A DNA stretch of 64,000 bases from NCBI GenBank assembly GCA_963665285.1, contig OY762266.1, forward strand, positions 2,676,156 to 2,740,155, read 5' to 3'. The stretch is from Candidatus Poribacteria bacterium (lineage in GTDB: Bacteria > Poribacteria > WGA-4E > PCPOR2b). Within the stretch, counting starts at the first letter, position 1, and every line of letters begins with the position of its first letter. Of the stretch, positions 56,208-64,000 are shown in pieces. A model generated the notes under the pieces. That model had not been told where the DNA came from. It worked only from the letters and a program-made list of their open reading frames with translations, and did no database searches. The position numbers were made by a program, and so were the translations under genes.

Positions 56208-57203
56208 ATGGAAGAAAAGTCAAACGAACAGCACCCTTCGCATCTAGTCCGTTTCGGACCGACCGATCTGTACGTCTCCCGTCTCTGTCAGGGAACCGCA
56301 TTTCGGAATATGCCACGAGCGGCGGATAATTCCATGGGACTGCGTGTGCTGCAACACTGTATTGACGTGGGTGTGAACTTCTTCGATTCATCAAATGCCT
56401 ACGGATGGGGCGGGGCAGAAGAAACCTTGGGAAAAGCGATTGCAGGACGGCGGGATCAGGTAATCATTTGCACCAAAGTTGCGGCATCATACGCACCAGA
56501 AAAAGAGACTAGTCCGGGGAAGCCGGCGCGTTTTACCCGTGATTTTCTTTTTCAACAAGCAGAAGGCAGCCTCAGACGCTTGCAGACCGACTATATCGAT
56601 CTCTATCTGCTCCATCAGCCGGACAAGATCACCCCAGCAGCGGAGATTGTCGATTCAATGGATGCGCTGGTGCGGTCAGGAAAGATTCGATACTGGGGTG
56701 TCTCCAACCATAGCGTCGCACAGGTGAGCGAGTATGTCGAACTCGCACAAAGCACGGGCAGAGCACCCATTGCAGGCACTGAAGACTACTATAACATCGC
56801 TGGACAATCCTTGACGGACACAGGTGAATCCCGTGTGCAGCAAATGGAACAGGAGATGTTTCCGGTGTTGCGGGAATCAGGGTTGGGGCTCCTCGCTTTT
56901 AGTCCCTTGGATACGGGACACCTAGTGCCGGGGCGCAATATCGACTCGGATACACCACTAGCGAGGCTGATTGACGTGCTGGACGAAGTAGCTGAAGATT
57001 TGCACGTGAGCCGTGGAACGATCTGCGTCGCCTGGGTGTTGACCCATTCAGAGGTGACGAGTGTATTGGCTGGTACTGAAACCCCTGAACATGTCGAGGA
57101 CAATGTCGCCGGCACAGAGATAGTATTGCCCGACAAAGCTATTGAGACTTTGAACGCTGCCAGTGCAGCCTACAGAGAACAGCAGGCACAAAATTCGTCT
57201 TGA
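56208..57203 (+). CDS. Aldo/keto reductase
   Basis: FFDSSNAYG, YIDLYLLHQPD, RYWGVSN motifs. Confidence 0.85.
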   Translation: MEEKSNEQHPSHLVRFGPTDLYVSRLCQGTAFRNMPRAADNSMGLRVLQHCIDVGVNFFDSSNAYGWGGAEETLGKAIAGRRDQVIICTKVAASYAPEKETSPGKPARFTRDFLFQQAEGSLRRLQTDYIDLYLLHQPDKITPAAEIVDSMDALVRSGKIRYWGVSNHSVAQVSEYVELAQSTGRAPIAGTEDYYNIAGQSLTDTGESRVQQMEQEMFPVLRESGLGLLAFSPLDTGHLVPGRNIDSDTPLARLIDVLDEVAEDLHVSRGTICVAWVLTHSEVTSVLAGTETPEHVEDNVAGTEIVLPDKAIETLNAASAAYREQQAQNSS

Positions 57204-57283
57204 CCTATAACGTAGCAAAAGGATTCACTGTTTTTGAAAGAACAATTGTTAGAAATACCTACCCAAAAGTAACGGAGGAAAAA

Positions 57284-57940
57284 ATGAGACTTTTTCTGAT
57301 CGGTTGCGAATACAGTGGCACAACGACATTAGCCCACGCAATCAACGAATGGACCAAAGAGACGATGGATAAGGAATTCACCCTTATTCATGACCACTTC
57401 AAGTTGCCGGATACCAAGCCCCACGGACCGGAACTCACTGAGGAAGAAATCGCTCAGTTCGACGCGCTTAGTCCGCGGCTGACAGAGGTTATAATGCGAC
57501 ATAACCTTTACTATCACACACCTGCCACACCTTCGTCGGGAGAGGATTTCCTTGGAATCGGCATCCATATCGAAGAGGGGATATACGGACCCCTATACTA
57601 CGGTTACGGGGGACCGGGCGAGCTGGGCGATCGGCAAACGATAGCAAAAGGTCTTGAGCAGCGTATCCTCAACTATGCACCCGAAACCGTGCTTATTTTA
57701 GTGAAAGCGTCCCCCGAAGTTATTGCCAAGCGGATGAAAGAAAATCCCCATAAATACCCCGTTGTGCCTGAACAGGACATCCCAGATGTGTTGCAAAAAT
57801 TCGAGGATGCGCACCAAAATTCGTCGATTAAACACAAGATAACGCTAGACACCTCCACTGCAACGATCGATGAAACTGTCGCTGAATTTGTGGAAAAAAT
57901 CCGACCGCACTTAACCGAGGCTGAACTCATGAAACTTTAG
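57284..57940 (+). CDS. P-loop NTPase-like protein with a degenerate Walker A
   Basis: ATG 57284 with a GGAGG SD. LIGCEYSGTTTLA occupies the Walker A position but lacks the Lys (GK[ST] becomes GTT). NadR/AAA_28-like size. Confidence 0.45.
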   Translation: MRLFLIGCEYSGTTTLAHAINEWTKETMDKEFTLIHDHFKLPDTKPHGPELTEEEIAQFDALSPRLTEVIMRHNLYYHTPATPSSGEDFLGIGIHIEEGIYGPLYYGYGGPGELGDRQTIAKGLEQRILNYAPETVLILVKASPEVIAKRMKENPHKYPVVPEQDIPDVLQKFEDAHQNSSIKHKITLDTSTATIDETVAEFVEKIRPHLTEAELMKL

Positions 57941-57988
57941 CTTCCGCAAGGGAAGTAGGCGAACCCATACTGATAAGGAAAAAAGGCA

Positions 57989-59443
57989 ATGGTGGACAAA
58001 GCTTATCTCCTCAACCCCGGAGAAATCCGGGATTTTATTGTCAACGGGTATATCCAAATTCAAGCTGATTTTCCTACCGATCTTCACGGGAGTATTTACC
58101 AGCAGATTGAAGAGGTACTTGCAAAGGAAGGCAATCCGGGAAACAATTTGCTGCCCCGAATCCCCGATATTCAGCGGGTTTTCGAGCATCCGAAGGTCTG
58201 TGGCGCGTTGACAAGTCTGTTAGGTCCTGATTACCTTATGCACCCCCATCGTTACTGCCATCTCAACTCACCGGGGAGCGACGGACAAACTTGGCATAAG
58301 GATGATTATGTATTTGACCAGAAGGTGCGTCATCACCGCTTCCGCTGGGTGATGGCTTTCTACTATCCGCAAGATACTACCGAAGACATGGGACCGACGG
58401 GAGTCTTGCCAGGAAAGCAGTATTATAATACAGTATCTGACACAAATCCGACGCAAAGCACTGAGCAGGCGAAGGCACTTTGTGGGGAGGCAGGTACAGT
58501 AACAATTGTCAATTTCGATTCGTGGCATCGGGCGATAGCGAATCGTAGCGACAAAAAGCGGTACATGCTGAAATTTCAGTTCACACGGATGGGTGAACCT
58601 TCTCAACCTTTACAGGGTAACGGGTCTACGAACTGGCAATCCGCGGATGATGATAGGCATCAGGGGTTATCAAGACATGTCTGGAATTGGCTCTCTCAAA
58701 GTAATGGCGAGGATTCGATGCACATCGCATCCGACGAAAACGGCTCTATGTCACAACTGATAGCGGGGCTACAAGACACCAATGAGAGCGTTCGTCTGAA
58801 TTCGGCTTATGCGTTGGGCGGGATGGGAGAATCCGTTGTGCCGGCACTAATGCGAGCATTACGGGCTGAAGCAGAGGTTTTGGCGGAGAAAAACGTTGCA
58901 AAAACTGCAGCGAATCCACAAGGCGGCAATCCAGCAGAATTGTATTCCTCCCAAGCACTGACCGAGGTGGGGCAGTCCAGTGTACCGGCATTGATTTCGG
59001 CGTTAGCCGATGCGTCTTGGCCCACCCGTGCGGCAGCCGCAGATACGTTGGGCAATCTGGGCTCGCTTGCGGAAGAAGCGGTGCCGGGGTTGATTCAGGG
59101 ATTGCGTGATGAGAGCTCGTGGGTTCGCCGTAATGCGGCGGAGGCGTTGGGGACAGTTGCGGCACCTGCTGAGGATATTGCACCCGCATTGATACAGGTC
59201 TCAAGCGATTCGGAGATGCTGGTTCGACTTAATGCGGTGATGGCACTGGCAAAGATTGGTCAATCCACAGACGGTATCGTGCCAACATTGGCGGGAAGGT
59301 TAAGCGATGAGGATCGGTATGTTCGTTTCTATGCGGCTGCGGTGTTGCGCCAGATTGGAACGCCCGAAGCACAAAACGCTTTATGGGACGACCTGTTGAC
59401 CTCCCGCTGGTGTCCTATAACAACGGCGGAGAATCCTTATTGA
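57989..59443 (+). CDS. PhyH-like dioxygenase fused to C-terminal HEAT (PBS-lyase type) repeats
   Basis: N-terminal WHKDDY...SWHRAI.N.S...R dioxygenase pattern. The C-terminal ~230 aa carry repeated ...VR..AA.ALG..G..A.VPAL... HEAT units. Confidence 0.7.
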   Translation: MVDKAYLLNPGEIRDFIVNGYIQIQADFPTDLHGSIYQQIEEVLAKEGNPGNNLLPRIPDIQRVFEHPKVCGALTSLLGPDYLMHPHRYCHLNSPGSDGQTWHKDDYVFDQKVRHHRFRWVMAFYYPQDTTEDMGPTGVLPGKQYYNTVSDTNPTQSTEQAKALCGEAGTVTIVNFDSWHRAIANRSDKKRYMLKFQFTRMGEPSQPLQGNGSTNWQSADDDRHQGLSRHVWNWLSQSNGEDSMHIASDENGSMSQLIAGLQDTNESVRLNSAYALGGMGESVVPALMRALRAEAEVLAEKNVAKTAANPQGGNPAELYSSQALTEVGQSSVPALISALADASWPTRAAAADTLGNLGSLAEEAVPGLIQGLRDESSWVRRNAAEALGTVAAPAEDIAPALIQVSSDSEMLVRLNAVMALAKIGQSTDGIVPTLAGRLSDEDRYVRFYAAAVLRQIGTPEAQNALWDDLLTSRWCPITTAENPY

Positions 59444-59446
59444 GAA

Positions 59447-61207
59447 TTACGCGTCTACTTCTCCCTGCCACAGCCGTTGCATCTCTTCACAGGAAGCTAG
59501 GAGGGTGTCTAGCGTACCTACCCCCTCAACCCGTCCATCCTTCAGGACGATAATCCTATCCGCTCGGCGAAGTGCTGGACGGCGATGGGAAACAACAAGA
59601 CAGGTAGAGCGCTGTGTTTCAAAGACGCGATCCCACAGCACCCGTTCCGTCTCTACGTCCAGAGCAGAGGATAGATCATCGAAAACATAAAGCTCAGCAG
59701 GGCGGATAAACATCCGTGTCGCAGCGGCGCGTTGTATCTGTCCGCCCGATAGCTTGACTCCCCGGGGACCAACCACCGTATCCAGTCCGTTTTCGAGCGT
59801 CGGGAGGTCCTCCTCCATCACACCCAATCGAATTGCCCGGTTAAGCGCCTCCGGGTCATCCGATAGTCCCATGAGGATATTATCCTTGAGCGGTTCGCTG
59901 AAAAGTCGTGGGACTTGTGGAGTATACGCGCAATGGGGTGGGACGAAGAACGATTTTGGATCGTCCACCACCTCGCCATTCCAGTAAATTTCCCCGGACT
60001 CCTTCGGCAGCACCCCTAAGAGAGTTCGCAGCAGGGTCGATTTGCCAGATCCAATTCGTCCGGTGACGACGATAAATGACCCGACGGGTATTTGTAGATC
60101 GATTTCGTGAATCCCATTCTCCGACCCTTCGTGGCGGTAGGTCAGTCCTTTGACAGTTAGTTCGTGGAGTTGATTGGCGTCCGTCTCGACGGGGATCGGA
60201 ATAGTGGGAGAATCGCCTCGGAGGTAGACTGGACTATGTTGGACAAGTATCTCTGGTGACGTCTCGTCAATGACTCGCTCCATCCGATCAAAGGAAATTT
60301 GTGCGCGTGCGTGGTATGTCATCACTGTACCCAAGAGGGAACCGCTTCTGGCAACTTCACCAATATAGGTCATGAAAAGGGCAATATCTCCAACGGTAAA
60401 TTCGCCCGACCTTACCTTCTCCGCAGCGAGCATGAGAATCACGCCTGTTGCCACATTCCCAAGATTTTGATTAATCGAGCGTAGGAGTTGTTCAAACAGG
60501 TTATTTATCAGAGTGGACTTTCGCCGTGTATCGTTAAGCCCGCGAAAGTGCGAGATGACATTTGACTCCATCGTTGCGACCTTGATTGCCAATACCGCTT
60601 GGAACATTTCGTTGATGAAGTTTGTCGCCTCCCCCGTGGCGACCCGCTGTGCCAACTGATATTTATGGATATATTTCCTTGCTGCATCAATAATAATCAC
60701 GACGAAGATGGACGGGATAACCGTAACAAATGTAATCATCACGTTTATCTGTGCCATTCGGAGGATGGCGAGCACGGCAAAGATGAGGTTACCCCCCAAA
60801 TGAATGTATCGTTCCAAGTATCTAACGACCGCTCCCACATCATCGCGGAAACGATTGGTTACTTCGCCGGAGGTACTTGAAATGCGGCGCGGCGTCCGCA
60901 CGTTAAGCAGCGCATCCATTAGGTTTTTGCGAAGGAGTGATTCTACTGCGTACCACCAGCGGGGCCAAACGACTGCCGATCCAAACAAGGCGATCCGGTC
61001 GCCAATTTCGACAGCGATAAACAGTGCCACAAGGGTCCACGGGGTGAATCCTGCTTGTGCGTCGCCTGTGAGGGCATCAAAGAACGCTTTCATGACCAGC
61101 CCGGTCAGAAATGGAACAAGGTCATCCGCGCCCCGAAACAGTATCGTGAGCAGAAAAAGTCCCGGACGATAAAGCAGGAGTTTTATGGCAGCTTGCCCTG
61201 TTCTCAT
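59447..61207 (-). CDS. ABC exporter, fused permease/ATPase (MsbA/MdlB type)
   Basis: Six-TM N-domain. Walker [10 protein letters not shown], signature LSGGQIQR, Walker B LYVFDD. Confidence 0.9.
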   Translation of the reverse strand: MRTGQAAIKLLLYRPGLFLLTILFRGADDLVPFLTGLVMKAFFDALTGDAQAGFTPWTLVALFIAVEIGDRIALFGSAVVWPRWWYAVESLLRKNLMDALLNVRTPRRISSTSGEVTNRFRDDVGAVVRYLERYIHLGGNLIFAVLAILRMAQINVMITFVTVIPSIFVVIIIDAARKYIHKYQLAQRVATGEATNFINEMFQAVLAIKVATMESNVISHFRGLNDTRRKSTLINNLFEQLLRSINQNLGNVATGVILMLAAEKVRSGEFTVGDIALFMTYIGEVARSGSLLGTVMTYHARAQISFDRMERVIDETSPEILVQHSPVYLRGDSPTIPIPVETDANQLHELTVKGLTYRHEGSENGIHEIDLQIPVGSFIVVTGRIGSGKSTLLRTLLGVLPKESGEIYWNGEVVDDPKSFFVPPHCAYTPQVPRLFSEPLKDNILMGLSDDPEALNRAIRLGVMEEDLPTLENGLDTVVGPRGVKLSGGQIQRAAATRMFIRPAELYVFDDLSSALDVETERVLWDRVFETQRSTCLVVSHRRPALRRADRIIVLKDGRVEGVGTLDTLLASCEEMQRLWQGEVDA

Positions 61208-61522
61208 GCGCTCTCCCTATATACTTCACACCACAAGTCCGGGATATGTCTACCCCAATCAATATTCTTGCTTATCATGTCGTCGTCTCCCACGGTTGCA
61301 ATACTAATACCGATAAGTCTTACGGTAACACATCTAGCTCAAAAAAAGCAAGATTTTCCCATTGTAATTTACCCTCCTTGACCAAGTCAACACTCGTATG
61401 ATAGCATAGCGTCATTCACAAATTATATCCTTTGGACGATAAAAAGGGACGGAAAGCCTAGCTCGTCTACATGTCAACCACTGCCCCGAAGAAGAGGAAA
61501 TTGAAAGAAAGGAACGCATATC

Positions 61523-62476
61523 TTGAAAGTTCTCATCACCGGTGCTGCGGGCTTCATCGGTTCACATCTCTGTGAAAGGCTGCTAGACCGTGGCGACGCG
61601 GTGATCGCCCTAGACAATTTCAACGATTATTATGACACAGAACGCAAGCGGGAGAACGTCCATCAATTACACAATCACTCCCGCTGTATCTTGTCCAAGG
61701 GTGACATCCGCGATGAGGTAACTGTCAATCGTATCTTCACAGAACACAGACCCGAGGCGGTTGTTCATTTAGCTGCCTACGGTGCTGTGCGCTACTCTAT
61801 CGGACGCGCTAGACTCTACACTGATGTCAACATCGGCGGGTCTGTCAACCTTCTGGAGATAGCTCGTGAGATTGGTGTCGAAAACTTTGTCTTTGCGTCT
61901 ACCTCATCGGTGTACGGAAACACAAAGCAGCTGCCTTTTGTTGAGACTGATCCCTGTAATCATCCCCTCGCGCCCTACCCTGCGAGCAAAAAAGCCGTCG
62001 AGTTGATGGGATATACTTATCACCATTTGCACGGACTGAATTTCACGGCGTTGCGTCTTTTCAATGTCTACGGTCCCCGTGGACGCCCTGATATGATGCC
62101 GTTCATCGTTACAGAGGGTATTGTTAATCAACGGGAAATTGTCCTGTTCGATGAGGGACAAATGAAGCGTGATTGGACCTATATAGATGACATCGTTGAC
62201 GGAATAATCACTGCGCTTGATAAGCCGCTGGGCTATGAACTTATTAATCTCGGACGAGGCGAACCGGTCCTCATGACAGATTTCGTAAAGATTATCGAAG
62301 GATTGGTTGGTCGCAAAGCAATTTTATCCACACCACCTGCCCCACTCAGCGAGCCAAAGATTACCTTCGCGGATATTGATAAAGCGCATCGTTTGTTGGG
62401 CTATAGTCCGCAAACTTCTCTGCCAGCGGGGTTGTGCAAGTTTTGGGAGTGGTATCAGGGTGCGATTATGGATTGA
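61523..62476 (+). CDS. NAD-dependent epimerase/dehydratase (UDP-glucuronate 4-epimerase-like)
   Basis: TTG start. VLITGAAGFIGSHL, NFNDYYD and YPASK catalytic motif. Confidence 0.85.
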   Translation: MKVLITGAAGFIGSHLCERLLDRGDAVIALDNFNDYYDTERKRENVHQLHNHSRCILSKGDIRDEVTVNRIFTEHRPEAVVHLAAYGAVRYSIGRARLYTDVNIGGSVNLLEIAREIGVENFVFASTSSVYGNTKQLPFVETDPCNHPLAPYPASKKAVELMGYTYHHLHGLNFTALRLFNVYGPRGRPDMMPFIVTEGIVNQREIVLFDEGQMKRDWTYIDDIVDGIITALDKPLGYELINLGRGEPVLMTDFVKIIEGLVGRKAILSTPPAPLSEPKITFADIDKAHRLLGYSPQTSLPAGLCKFWEWYQGAIMD

Positions 62477-62541
62477 TGCTTATAGGATTTACCGGAGATT
62501 AAAGCGCAAACGAAATCTGACAGACCTACGCTCGACACCGG

Positions 62542-63600
62542 CTATGTCAATGGATCAGGAATTGGGAGTTGATACTTTTGCATAACCTCTTGAATTTGAT
62601 GCCATGTGCTTTCTTCGACAAAGATTCCGTCCCGCCTCCGTTTTTCCTGTTCATCCCTACCACGTTCACCTGGGATGCGGATCGCCTCGACACCGGGTAA
62701 GTGCCTGGAAGACTTGATATAGTCAATGAAGCGATTGACCTCCGCGTTGAAATCTGACAAGTCCACAAAACTAGAGATGTTGATAACTGTGATGAACACT
62801 CCGTTGCCCACCCGTGAACCCTCTTGGCTGGTACATCCCGCTCCACTCAACGCTCCAGAAAGAATATCAACAACGATACTGAGTCCGAACCCTTTTTGCG
62901 CAGCGATCCCTCCAAAAGGAAGCAGCGCACCCGGCGGAGATCCATAAAAATCCTCGACGTTGGTTGTCGGATTTCCCGCCGCATCAATAAGCCACCCCTC
63001 CGGAGCAGGCTCCTTCCGATGCCGTCTCACCCGCACCTTTCCTGCTGCGACAACGCTCGTAGACATATCCAGCAGAATAGGCTCACGTCCTTCAACCGGA
63101 ATGGCACAAGCCAGCGGATTGGTTGAAAGCCGTCCCTCGATTCCCCCATAAGGCGCGACATTTTGACCGCCGCCATGGTCGTTCACCGTCAAGATCCCGA
63201 TCATATTCTCCGCCGCCGCAGTCAGTACATATCCCCCTAATCTGCCGGTCTCATTAGAACGGGAGATAGTAACTGTACTGACATCGGTCGCTTTTGCCTT
63301 TTCAATTGCTAATTTCATCCCATGTGTCGCAATTACGGGCCCAAATCCCCAATTTCCATCAAGTGCTGCCATCGAAGGGGATTCGCGTTTCACTTCGATC
63401 GCCGCCCCCGGTTGAATCAGGGATTCCTCAATTTCGAGAACATATTTTGGCAAATGAATGATACCGTGTGAATCATGTCCGACCAGATTGGCGTCAACCA
63501 TGGAGCGTGTCACAACTTCAGACTCTGCATCAGAGATATCCATGGCACGGAAAACTCTCCAGCATGTTTGCGCCAATACCTCCGCTGTGAAAACTGGCAT
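62542..63600 (-). CDS. Ldh_2 family oxidoreductase
   Basis: GHDSHGI..LPKY, LDGNWGFG motifs and a GGAGGAG SD. Paralog of 19107-20114. Confidence 0.8.
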   Translation of the reverse strand: MPVFTAEVLAQTCWRVFRAMDISDAESEVVTRSMVDANLVGHDSHGIIHLPKYVLEIEESLIQPGAAIEVKRESPSMAALDGNWGFGPVIATHGMKLAIEKAKATDVSTVTISRSNETGRLGGYVLTAAAENMIGILTVNDHGGGQNVAPYGGIEGRLSTNPLACAIPVEGREPILLDMSTSVVAAGKVRVRRHRKEPAPEGWLIDAAGNPTTNVEDFYGSPPGALLPFGGIAAQKGFGLSIVVDILSGALSGAGCTSQEGSRVGNGVFITVINISSFVDLSDFNAEVNRFIDYIKSSRHLPGVEAIRIPGERGRDEQEKRRRDGIFVEESTWHQIQEVMQKYQLPIPDPLT

Positions 63601-63794
63601 TATTGATCTCCTCCGGCTATTATCGATTGTGAATCAACAATTCTCAGATGATTCCATGTGTCCATTTCGTCAGGTAGATGTTCATTATAAAGGTACTGGA
63701 AAGGTTTGTCAATATCAGCAGTGGACGGACACCACTTTGGGATTGACCGTGTCTGACAGATCTGATAAGATACATTTCAGAAAGGAACCGTAAT

Positions 63795-64000
63795 ATGCCG
63801 GATCAGAAAGCTAGAATTGGATTCGTCGGCGTCGGCAACATGGGACAATGTGCCCACCTAAAGAATTATGCGAATCTAGATATCTGTCAGGTGGTTGCGA
63901 TCGCCGAGATACGTGAGTCCCTGCGTCGAAAAGTCGCTGCCCGCTACGGCATCCCCAATACCTATCCTACACACGAAGAGATGTTGAAAAACGAAGCGTT
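63795..64000 (+). CDS. Gfo/Idh/MocA family oxidoreductase, 5' part (runs off the window)
   Basis: ATG 63795 gives MPDQKARIGFVGVGNMGQCAHLKNY... (Rossmann GxGxxG). The frame is open to the window end. Absent from the ORF track because no stop is reached. Confidence 0.7.
   Translation, partial: MPDQKARIGFVGVGNMGQCAHLKNYANLDICQVVAIAEIRESLRRKVAARYGIPNTYPTHEEMLKNEA

Overview
64 kb of a roughly 50% GC, gene-dense bacterial contig, probably metagenome-derived. Most genes lie on the minus strand up to about 35 kb, and most on the plus strand after that. The backbone is housekeeping and catabolic. It has leuA, a class-I DAHP synthase, an RNase HI fusion, a Tat-exported PaoABC-like molybdo-oxidoreductase operon, a sulfatase, an MlrC-like peptidase and a creatininase-family protein. 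Several families are expanded: 5 Gfo/Idh/MocA oxidoreductases, 4 PhyH dioxygenases, 2 Ldh_2 and 2 aldo/keto reductases. I associate that mix with Poribacteria-, PVC- or Latescibacteria-like uncultured marine or sponge-associated bacteria, but this is inference only. The 5' end carries an orphan secretin operon whose exported proteins share FGG/RGG low-complexity tracts. The most interesting part is an accessory island at about 39.8-50.4 kb, which contains gene relics, repeats and duplicated TPR gene pieces. It holds two cassettes that look like defence or conflict systems. (1) XRE regulator, then an N-terminally extended ABC-type ATPase, then a PIN-like protein, then a DprA/SLOG-like protein (43683-47077). 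I cannot match this combination to any named system. (2) A decayed XRE, then a TIR/nucleoside-deoxyribosyltransferase-like protein translationally coupled to a large TPR protein (47654-50371). Other notable signals: a Tyr/Phe-rich leader peptide with terminator/antiterminator geometry upstream of the DAHP synthase; two genes interrupted by in-frame TAG, one inside a perfect 17-bp inverted repeat; a REP-like hairpin family with a conserved GTAG head and covarying stems; and several other small repeat families. No rRNA, tRNA or CRISPR array was found. All functional calls come from motif recognition by eye. No database search was run.
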